A stretch of 64,000 nucleotides of DNA. It comes from Hyaloraphidium curvatum SAG 235-1. Taxonomy: Eukaryota; Fungi; Monoblepharomycota. The notes below the pieces were generated by a model. The model saw only the letters and a program-made list of their open reading frames with translations. It was not told the DNA's origin and ran no database searches. Location of the stretch: positions 544,177 through 608,176 of the forward strand of contig JAIVFI010000027.1 in assembly GCA_025558095.1 (NCBI GenBank). The letters are read 5' to 3'. Both the position numbers and the translations under genes were made by a program. Below are positions 23,089 to 33,320 of the stretch, in pieces. The stretch's first letter is position 1. Each line of letters starts with the position of its first letter.

Positions 23089-24946
23089 TCAGGAGTACAT
23101 GCAGAGCGCGCACCGCATCGTGCCGTCGTCGCACGGGCTCGACCAACAGTTGGGCGCCGCGGCGCAGCCGTACTCGTTCCGCATCCACTCAAGCATCTCC
23201 CAGAGGTAGTACGACTGCGCCGATGGCGGGGTTAGCACGTGCGTCCCGTCCGGAGCGTGGGCAACGCACCTTGAGGTAGGCAATGGAGTAGCTCGGTTGG
23301 TACTTCCCGCCCGCCCTGAACATCCACGAGTTGGCCACCGCGCCGTCGGCCAGCACCGCGTCGGACGCGCCCAGCCCCCGCCCGTTGCCCACGTCGAAGC
23401 AGTACCGCCCGAACGTCCCCGCCGACAGCCATCCCTCCACGATCTCGATGTCGTCGGGGCGGCGGCCGACGTTCTTGCACGTGAGGGTGAAGTTGCCCGT
23501 CCCGAGGAGCTTGTCGTAGTACACCTGGTCGATCAGCAGGAGCTCCGCCGGGGGGACGATGTCCTGGAACCCCGTGAACTCGGCCGAGTAGGGGTCGTCC
23601 CCGTGGGAAAGGTACTGCCCCGTGTATGGAAAGAAGGGGAGCGTGTGCAGGCAGGTGCCGTGCTCGTCGTAGTGCGAGACCACGGGGACGTTGAGCTCGC
23701 GGAGGATCTGCATGAGGAAGGAGGTGGTGCCGATGCAGCCGTAGGTCCAGGAGAGGAGGGAGTCCTTCATCCAGGACATCTGGGGATCGGTGTTGTAGGT
23801 GCCCGTGATGTACTGGCCGGCGGAGGCGGTGCGTGGGCCCCAGTAGTACCGCGCGTTCTGCCACTCCATCCCGCCCGCGATGTGGGCCATGTGGTACCGC
23901 CCCCAGTCGATGACCGCCGCAATCGCCCCGCTCATTGCGTGCTTCGGGTTGGACCACCGCGCCTTGGCGGCATCCACGGAGCCGACCGTCCTGAGGAACG
24001 CCCATGCGACCCGCGGCCACGTCGGCGTCACCGAGGGGTATTCCTTCTCGCCCACCCAGAAGCCCTTGGGCCCGGCGCCCTGCTCCTGCCGCCCGTAGCC
24101 GACGAACTGGGTCGCGTCCAGCACCATCCTCATCTGGTACTCGGGCATCCCCCTCAGCGTCCACGGCACGAGCCCCTTGATCTCGACCGCGAGGGAGTGG
24201 GCGGCGTGCTGGGTGTACCACTCGAACGCCTGGTTGGGGAGGTCCCACAGCGTTGTGGCGAGCACGCCGACGTTGGGGTCGGCCAGGTTGCCGCCGACGG
24301 TCATGTTTATCCGCCGCGGGGTGCCGCCGGAGGACGGGGAGAGGTCGACCCAGGCGGCGGCGAAGCGGGCGCGCAGCTGCGCGGCGCGGGCGGCGGTCCA
24401 CCCGTCGACCGAAGGGGAGCGGCCGTAGTACCGGGCCTTGGTCGCGATGCCGGTGCCGGTGGGGAAGGGGAACGCCAGGGCCTTCTTGATTTTCGGGTGC
24501 GCGGCGAGCCAGCAGTCGAGGAGGCCGGGGTTCGCCTTGGGGTCCGCTGGGAGGCACGCCGGCGGCACGTAGCCCGGCACAGACTCGGTCCCGCGCCGCT
24601 GGAGCCCCCGTGCTTTCCTGGTCGCCCCCACGAGGGACTTGGTCCGCGTCGTGCGCGATGTGGTGGCCGTCGAGCGCGGGATCTTCCGCACGACCAACCA
24701 CGGCAGCGTCTTCGGCGAAAGGGGCGGCAGCCGCCTCAGCCCGGCGGGCAGCGGCACGTTCGCGAGGCGGTCGCCGCCGGCGCGCCCGGTGTCCTTGTGG
24801 GCATAGGCTCTCTGGAGGCCAGCGAACTGCTCCGGGGTGAGGAAGGAGGGGCGGCCGACTGCGGCTGCGGCGCGGCCCGCGGCGGCGAGGAGGATAAACC
24901 CGGGCAGCAGCGCCGCAAGAGAGGCCACCGAGATTGTCGAAGGCAT
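23089..24946 (-). CDS. Secreted protein with a putative transglutaminase-like Cys-His-Asp core
   Basis: Signal peptide from MPSTISVASL; GCIGTTSFLMQILRELNVP, then CLHTLPF, then SHGDDPY. A short 3' intron near 23218-23270 joins the terminal exon SYYLWEMLEW...CMYS. Confidence 0.6.
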
Positions 24947-26077
24947 TTCCGCTCTTCCGTGCCGCGATTCGGTAGGCATTCGCGGGTCCGGGAGCGGGTG
25001 ATTTTGAACGAGGCGGAAGATCCCCAGCGGGACGCCCGCAGCGGGTCCAGAGCACGTTTCTCCCGACGCTGTGCAGCCGGCGCCACAGACGGCCGACCGA
25101 ATCAGGAGAGGGAGGACATCGGTTGAATCGGCCGCCGCGAGATGCCATGAGATACAAGCGTGCACCTTGCGCAAGCGGGCCCGCTTGCGCTGTCGGGCAT
25201 TGCCATAGCATCGCAGCACGGACCGCCTCCGCTCCGACTTCATAGGGTGAAGATGGTCGCACAAGGCGATCATCTGGGCAAAGCGCGATAACTTTGTTCG
25301 ACGACGAGAATCCTAACATGATCGCGATGATCGAGGCGGCGTTCGCCGCCAAGCCTCCCCCACGCGACCAGCATGACTTGTCTCGTTGGCTCTCCGTGCC
25401 TCGAAGTCCCGCGATGCACGGCCCGACGTTCTGCGGCAGTCACCCCTCGCCGTGCTCACCCTTCCCGCGGTGAGGACTTCGCCGGAACACGGCTTGATCA
25501 GCATGATCCTGAGGTGTCCCGTTCCCCTCCTCGATGGGACGAACGAGGCATGGCTTCGTGTCGGCCCTTGCACGCCGTTCAGTCAGGCCTCGGAGAACGC
25601 CGGCGCTCCGGGTTTCTTGGCCTGGCCACTGCGATCACCTTCGCCGCGGCTGTGTATGGTTGCATCACCGTGTGGATCTCGCCGCCCTCTATGTGCGCAG
25701 AGTGGTGCTCGTACGCAACTCCGACGTTCCCTACCCGGGCTTCAGCGCCGATATCGAGTCGGTCCGGTACTGGAACCGCTGGATCAACCACGGCTACATC
25801 GGCGGCCTTCCGAAGGATTTCGGGGCATGGTGGCGCGGACGGTATGGGATGTGCTGGGACGAGTGACATCTTGGTTTGGAGGAGCGACGCCGCGGAGCGG
25901 GGCAAGATTGCTTGGACATCAGTGTTGCAGAACCCAAAAGGCGAAAACGTCCCGAAATTGGCCCCTCCAAGTGCTCCAGAAGCGCGTCCGCAAAGCAGCA
26001 AGCCTCCACGCTCCAGCCCTCGGCTGAGCCCGGCATCCCAAAAAGCCTCTCCTACCAAGCTGCCAGCTCCCCGAGTC

Positions 26078-26685
26078 CTCAGGATGGCCCCACGCGTCCC
26101 GAAGGCTTCGAGCTCCGGTTCATGTAGACGACGAACAGCTGGGCGAGCGTTTGGGAGATCAAAATCCCGAGCTGGCTCCCTCGCGGCCTGCAAAGACCCA
26201 CGGCGACGATCATCCCAAACCCAATGACGCCGTATCTGATCCTCGACGAGGCCACGACGGGGAACGGAACGGCAGCGGGAGTTGCGCCGCGTCAGCCCGC
26301 GCATCTCCCACGGAACGCGTCCGCAGCGCCACGCACCCGATGCTGAACGCCCTCCTGCTCCCCGAATCGATCTCTTTCTTTATCTTGTCGAGCTGCATGC
26401 CCGTCAGACCTCTTATCGCGCTCCCGGCTGGAAGGACGGGGGCGGGCGCACCTCCTCCTTGCTCAGCTTGAGCATCGGGTCCCTGTCGGCGGAGTACTGC
26501 CACGAGTCGGACTGCTTCTGCTCGTCGTAGAGCGGTTTTTCCTTCCCGGGGGTCGGTTTCGGGTCGGCGAGGCGGGAGGGGGTGGCGGAGAAGGCGCGCG
26601 CGCGGAGGGAGCGCGGCGCGGTGGGGGGCGCGGGCTGCGGGAGGCGGAGGGAGGGAGAAATGGAGATGGCGTGCCGGAGCATCGG
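26078..26685 (-). CDS. Small intron-containing protein with a mitochondrial-presequence-like N-terminus and one TM segment
   Basis: MLRHAISISPSLRLPQ...RARAFSATPSRLA; exons can be joined via GT-AG introns to YGVIGFGMIVAVG. The exon structure is tentative. Confidence 0.4.
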
Positions 26686-26911
26686 GACGCGGTGCGAGGG
26701 GATTGGCGGTCCGAAATGGGGAGGCGAACGAGTCACGCCCGGGCCCTGGGGGGCGCCGAAACTCTGGCGACGCGATCGACGATCTGTCTGCGCGGGAGAC
26801 TTCCAGGCCTGGGAACGCGTACGATCACATACGAAACACTTGCACCGACACGAGAGAAGCCGCCGATCCGCCCCGGCCGGCGCCGATCCGCCCCGGCCGG
26901 CACCGCCCCGC

Positions 26912-28116
26912 CTAGAGCTTGCTCGCCGCCTCCCTCCTCCCCGGCCCCACCTGCGCGCTCGTCCCCTCCCCGATCCCCATCCCCGGGTTGACCCCCGCCT
27001 GCTCCTTCCAGCTCCTCGGCCGCCTCCCCAGCGCCATCTCCGGGGCCAGGCAGTCCGTCCCGTAGGGCATTTCGTGGAGCAGGCCCTCCGAGGGGTCGGG
27101 GAGTTCGAAGGGGGGGAGGTGCCGTTCGGTCGGCGGGGAGAAGTAGCCGAGGGAACGGTCGACGAGGCCGTAGCCGACGAGTTCCTGGACCGCGGGGGGG
27201 AGTGTGCGGGCGATGTCGGGGGGCACTGTGGGCGGCAGGAGGGTCGTCATGCTCCGGCCAGGCTCCGGTCCGGCACGCTCGAAGTTCCCACCGGAAAGGT
27301 ACTGGTTCTCCTCGCTCCTCAGCCACCCCAAGCTGAACGACACGTGCATCCCCAAGCGCCACTGGTCCTCGGTCGTGTTGGCCCCGCCGCCGTGGATCGT
27401 CGACCCGAGGTACATGACGCAGGAGCCCTTGGGCATGGCGGCGTACCGCACGTCGCGGCCCTCGGGGTCGGGGATGAAGTCGAGGAGGGGGCGACGGTGC
27501 GACCGGGGGATGACGGCCGTGGCGCCGTTTTCCTTGCTGTCGCGAAGGGGGCGCGAATGAATCGGAGGCCGCCGCAGGCGAGGATGGCACCCACGTGAAG
27601 TCGCTCAAAGCCCACAACGTAGCCACCATGGGCTCTATCGATTCGGGGAGCCATTTGTTCCACGCGTTTCTGTCGCGGTGCAGCACCTGCGCAGGCGACT
27701 TGGGCTGGCGACACCCTGTTCAGCTTCCGACCCTGTTTCCCGCGCCCCGCGAAACGCACCCCGATCTTGATGACCTGCGTGTCGTGCAGCGCGTACCGCT
27801 TACAGTTGGGCAGCAGGTGCTCGTCCGCGGCGCCCAGCAGCACCTTGTTGACCAGCACGGAGCGGTTGAATGCCGGCGACCGCGCGGCGAGCGCCCCGCA
27901 CCGCACGGTGTTCCGCCCCGCGAACGCGTCGCCGCCACGCGATGCCCGCGCAATGTGCGGCGCCATCTCGGCGGCGATGGCGTCGGCGTCCTCGGGCGCT
28001 ATCGCGTGCTCGACAATCACGCAGCCGTCGTCGCGCAGCGCGGCAAGCACGGCGGACAGCGGCGCCGTGCGGCCGTCGAGCCGCTGCACGTCGGGGAACG
28101 AGGGCTGAGAGGACAT
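26912..28116 (-). CDS. Phytanoyl-CoA dioxygenase (PhyH) family 2OG-Fe(II) oxygenase, intron-containing
   Basis: DDGCVIVEH, LHRD (HxD), ENGAT, GSTIHGGGAN and LGWLRSEENQYL, spread over exons. Confidence 0.9.
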
Positions 28117-28290
28117 GGCGGAGGGCAGGGAAAGCGCCGGAGGCAGCCGGAGGGATCGGAAAGGGGCGTATCTGGGAGACGCGGGGCGGAGTGCTGCGCA
28201 ACGCCACCCACCCCGACCCCTTAGCGCACTGCGCGACAGCATGGCAAGCGCAAACGACGGATCACGCTTTGATATTCAAGTTCAGATCAG

Positions 28291-29506
28291 CTAACCCCAC
28301 GGGCAGTTGACGCCGTCCGGGCTCCAGTACGTCAGGATCGCGATGCCCGCGTTGCCGCCGACCACGGGGATGGTGTCGTCGTTCTTGTGCGATCCGGCCC
28401 CACCCTTGCCCGCCAGCGGCGGCGGGTCGCCGTTCCCAGGCGAGTCCCCCAGATCCTTGGACCCGAGCCCCGGGATCGAGACGGGCGAGTTCGTGGCGGC
28501 CGCGGCCCCCGTGTTCCCCCTGTCCCCGCCCTTGCCGCCCGTGTTGGCCCCCGGCTGCGCGCCGCCGCCGCCGCCCCCGCCGGATCCACCTCCCGAGCCG
28601 CCAGCTCCGACCGCCGGACCGCCGAAGATGCCGTAACCCCCCTGGCTGCCCTTCTTCTCGCCGTTGCCGCCGATCTGCACCGTGCCCGCCGTCCCGTCCC
28701 CGCCCGGCGCCCCCCCGATCCTCGGCCCCGCACTTTCCCCGCCCTGGCCGCCCGAGTCGTTGCTGCCGCCGCCTCCGCCCCCGCCGTAGCCTCCACTGCC
28801 CCCGGCGCCCGCGCCGATCGGGCAGCCGGGCTGGCTCGAGGCGCTTTCCGGTTGAGGAGAGCTCGGCGGGGGCTCCTTGCTCGTGCAGCCGACGCTCGCG
28901 GCGCCTCCTCCGCCTCCGACGTTTAGTGTGACCGTGTCCGACTGGCCAAAGCGGATGTTCTGCCGAACGGGGTCGTCGTTGTTACGGCGCGGCACGAGAA
29001 GCGACGAACGCAGGCAACGCACCGTCAGCCTGACAACCTCCCCATCCCACCCGTCGTACCTCGTCGTGTTCACCCCTTTCCAGTAACCCCCGTGTCCCCC
29101 CGCGGCGTACCAGTACGCGTACGTGTTCCCCATCGCCGAGGTCAGGTAGAAGTTGGTGCTCCCGCCGCCGCCCCCGCGGGCGTTGGGCGACGAGCCGCCG
29201 CCCCCGCCGCCGACGAGGGTGACGTTGAAGACGCGCTTCTCGGGCTGGTAGTATTCGGTGACCCAGAGCTGGGTGCGGGATCGGGCGTCAGCGCGTCGGG
29301 TCTGGGAAGGGGAGGGTGCCGCGCGTGCGCACCGTGACGTTCTTTTCCGAGTAGTATGTCTTGGAGCAGAAGAGCGGAGCGGTGGAGTTGGCGTCGTCGC
29401 GCGGTGCGAGGGAGACCGGCGCGGCGGTCGCGATCGTGGCCACGGCGGCGAGGGTCAGCGCCGCGCAGAGGATGAAGATGGCGGGATGGTTTTGCGAAGG
29501 AGTCAT
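28291..29506 (-). CDS. Secreted glycine-rich domain protein, about 2 introns
   Basis: Signal peptide; VTLVGGGGGGS, LNVGGGGGA, multiple GGxGG runs, and terminal GGNAGIAILTY. Confidence 0.7.
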
Positions 29507-29701
29507 GATTGGCGTTGGATTGCTGGTTGTCGGTGTGCTCCCCGTCGTTCTTTATACCAGAGCAGCTCGAGAACTTCGCCGGTCGAGCTTTTGGAGAGGG
29601 TTTCGAGAATGGGGCTTGGGCTGTGCACGGGTTTTCGCGCCGCGTGGGACCGAGGTCCCACCCGAGCCTCGATTTCTTTGGGCGTTACCCTTGCTGAACT
29701 A

Positions 29702-32205
29702 TTACACAGCAAGAAGGGCTCCAAAGGCGGCCACCACCATTCCACAATCCGCCCCACTCCTGCGCAGCGATGCACCGGAAGGCCTGCTCGCCGGCGCAGT
29801 TACCACCGCCGGACACGCCGTGAAGTTCCCCTTGAGGAACATCTTCGCACGCTGGCACCAGCTCCCCGCCGCACCCTCCTCCTCGTCCGTGCAGAGCTTG
29901 CCCACGTTCAACGCCAGATCAGGCTGCGGCTCCCCCGGGGCGAGCACGGTGCAGTTCGACGACTTTGCGAACCAGGAGCATCGCTGGTTGTCGGGCCCGA
30001 GGCACCGCGCGTGGGGTTGGTCCGCAAGGAAGTACACGAGCACCTCGTTCTCGCGGTCGAGGCAGCTCGGTACGCAGAAGAAGGTCGGCAAAGACCAGGA
30101 TGTTACGGTGGAAGTAGCGGTAGCGCTCGGTGATCCGCCGGGCGGGTGGCGGCCGACGTCGTGGTTTGCGCCGTGGTCGTACTGACGGACTCGGTCGATG
30201 TCGACTTCGGCCTCAGCTCCAGTGCTTCGGCCGCCAGCCGGCACCAGCCGCCTTCCTCCTGTCCGCAGGTGTAGCCGTCGAACCGGTCGTCCCACCCGGG
30301 GAAGGGCTCGTTCCTCGCCAAGGTCTTGCACTTAGCATCCGCAAACCACGAGCATTTCCTTTCGTCGGGCCCCAGGCACTGCGCTACCGCGGCCACCGTT
30401 CCGTCCCGCCGCGTGACGTTCACGGGCCGAACGTGCACATGGTTGCCCCCGTCGGCCGGGCTCGCGACGCAGGCCCAGGCAGGCGGCGACCTCGTCCAAA
30501 AGGCGCACCCCGGAAGCCGCTCGTTGTTGACGGCGGCGACGATCCTTGCGCACCACGGATCCCAGGGGTCGCCGGCCGAGTCGGCCGCGGGCCTCGAGCA
30601 CAGGCGCATGCCTATGTCGGTGGGGTCGGGCCTCGGGATCGGCTCGGTGCAGCTCGAGTTCGGGTAAAGTACCGGAGTTCCGTACGAGGACGGGAAGCCG
30701 GGGTTGCTCTCGCGGTACTGCGACACCAGCGCGAAGCTCCTCAGGCGCCGTCCTCGGATCCACTGGCCCGATCCGGGGCAGCCTTCGACGCACATCGGGA
30801 ATCCCTTGTGCAGGTCGCCGGAAACGCTTTCGAGCAGCGTCAGGTACTCGGACTCCGGTGCGGGTACCGAAGGTGCGTCCCGGGGCGCCGTACGGCTCGC
30901 CAAATCGGCGCAGCCGCCGCCGGCGAAGCGTATCGGGAGGCCATCCGCGGGGCTGCTCAAGACGGATACAGAGTCGTCGGCGTTGTGGCGCGCCGCGCGA
31001 AAGCTCGCGGTAAAGCCCAGGGAGGCCGTGTCCGAAAAGTGAGGATCCAGATACCAGGGGATGGCAACGATAGAGGTGGTGGGATCGACGAACGAAAAGA
31101 CGGTAGCCGCGATCCAGTTTGTGGGTCCAGTGATGTTGGCGGTGTAGTTGGGGTCGCCCACATACTTGCACCCAGGCCCCAGAACGTCTGGCGCCGGTCC
31201 CATCTTTGGCGGCCCGCGCTGGGCGAGCAGTGCCCGCCCACGGGCGCAGAAATGGTCCGGGCTTGCGCGGTCCCCGGCGGAAACGTCCGCGCAAGACAGG
31301 TACGGCAGCCCGCGGCGGCCGACAGAGGTCCCGTCCAGCTGCATGCAGCATGCTGGGGTCAACCGCCGGCACTCCCGGTCACCGCTCTTCGCCGTCAGGC
31401 AAGCGACATCCCTTTTGCCGTCCAGCTTGACAAGAACGCTCGCGTTTCCGCCCTCCCCGAGATGGCAAACGTACCGCGTACCCGCCGGGTCGGCAAATCG
31501 GTAGTCCGCATTCACGTCGTCGTCAAAGAGAGCGTCCTTGGCAAGGTCCGGAGGACATCCCATGGTAACGGCGCACCAGAGGAAGGGGTTGGCGATGTCT
31601 TCCGGCCACTGCGGGCGGATGGTGATGTTGGCGACGGTGATTCCGGACACTCCGGTCTCCATGAGGCTGACGTTCCCGGATCCGTAAGTCGTCCTAAGTT
31701 CTTCCCAAGGGCAGTCTGCGTCTACGCCGCACATGGTAGGTGCGATGCGCCCGCCGCGCGTGAGCGGCGCCATGCCCACGAGCCACTCGTGCTGCCGGAG
31801 GTCGCAGCGCCCGGGCCTGCCCTCCACCGTCAGTTTGGCCTCGTACACATATCGTGTGGGAGACAGCCAGTTGTTCGGCGCGCCGCAGGCGTACGGGAAG
31901 CCCGACGAAAAGGCGGAGGAACCGCAAGGCTCCGGGCAGATATAGTAGCTGGAACGGCACGGCTCGGCCCCGCCGCATTCCACGTGGGTAGTCTCCTTGC
32001 AGCCCGGAAGGAGCGCGGCCGGGTCCGTCACGTTCTCGTATGAGAAATGGGGAGGCGAGGAGCGCGATGCCGCGGAGACGGGCGCGGGGGAGGAGGCGAG
32101 AAGAGCCAGAAGGGGGAGGAGCGCCGCGCAACGGACAGCCGCGCGGGCACCCTGTGGTCCGGCGCAAGTCCGGAGTAAGCGCCGAAATGTCATTCGGGTG
32201 GCCAT
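29702..32205 (-). CDS. Secreted/GPI-like Cys-rich repeat protein (paralog of 33321-35777), frameshift near 30140
   Basis: Signal peptide; repeats CLGPDERKCSWF and CLGPDNQRCSWF...WC; hydrophobic C-terminus; split between ORFs 30103..32415 and 29702..30331. Confidence 0.75.
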
Positions 32206-33277
32206 GGAGCGATTCGAGAGATTCAAGTTGCGGTTTGGATGACTCCAACGGGTGTGGCGCAGAAGGGACGCCCAGCCACAGAAACAGATTTCCGCCAAAA
32301 TAAAACTGCGCTCGAGCATCCCCGCGGATCCCACTATACTTGGGCGCCACCATGATTTTCGGGTGCCGTGCTTCGTTGAGGAAGCGTCTGGGCCCCGGAT
32401 GAGGCACGGAAGCATTCGCCTTGACCTCGTGGCCGGCAGTCGGTCTTGTGTAGTGCGGTTGACTGTATCACCCGACCGCGCCGCTTACCGACGGCGAGTG
32501 ACGCGTATTTCACGCTGTTAAGTAACGAGAGGTTCTACGCGTAGGAGGAAGACGGGTATGTCGAAGGAACGCGGGCCGGGGATTGACTAGTTCAGACCCG
32601 CGTCCGCGGAAGGACTGGAGGGCACCCGGCCAGACTTTCGAGTATGCCAAACAGCGCTGCCAATAGATTCATTTTTCAGCCTTCACTTTGGACGAGCTTC
32701 GGCACTGATCCTAGTGACAGGAGGGGACCGAAGTCCCTGAACCTGCGCGTGGAGTGGGCTGGAAGCTCAGAGAGGCCACGGCATCTTCGAGCACATTGGC
32801 ACGCGTCAAATACTTATTTGCATCATTTGCGTTCGCTTCCGGCGTTACTCGCGGCGAGGAATGCCTCGCGCCGCCGCCGGCCCTTCGTTCCCCGCTACGA
32901 CTCAAGATCCCAAAAGCTCCCAAACAAGCTTTCCGACTCCATTGATACTATCTATGGAGGGCCCGGAGGGCAGGACGGCGGTCGAATCGTAGATAGGTCG
33001 CGGGTCACAGATGGGTTCCAGTGGTTCGCGACCCGGGAAAGCCGCCAATCGCCTCTACGAGGCGGAGCCAACCAAGGTGAAGGGCCGTCAGGCCACTGCC
33101 AGAAGCTCCTATGACTGATTCGGACTGAATCTCTATGTCCGAGTGTCCGAGTGTCGTTTATTTTGGCGAACTCTGTTTCCGTAGTTGCGCAATCGGACCA
33201 CACGAAACTCAGTGTTCGATGCTGGAGAAGAGAAGTCTCTCATGGCGGGTGATGACCCCTCTAAAAAAAGCTTGATG

Positions 33278-33319
33278 AAAAATGCGGGAATACGATTCAA
33301 AAATGCGGGAATACGATTC
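33278..33319. repeat. Perfect 21-bp tandem duplication AAAAATGCGGGAATACGATTC x2
   Basis: Copies at 33278-33298 and 33299-33319, read directly. Confidence 0.9.
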
Positions 33320-33320
33320 G

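Noticed and set aside
25534-26080. Possible membrane-anchored gene fragment on the plus strand
   Set aside because: It is broken across frames and no family is recognisable, so support is insufficient.
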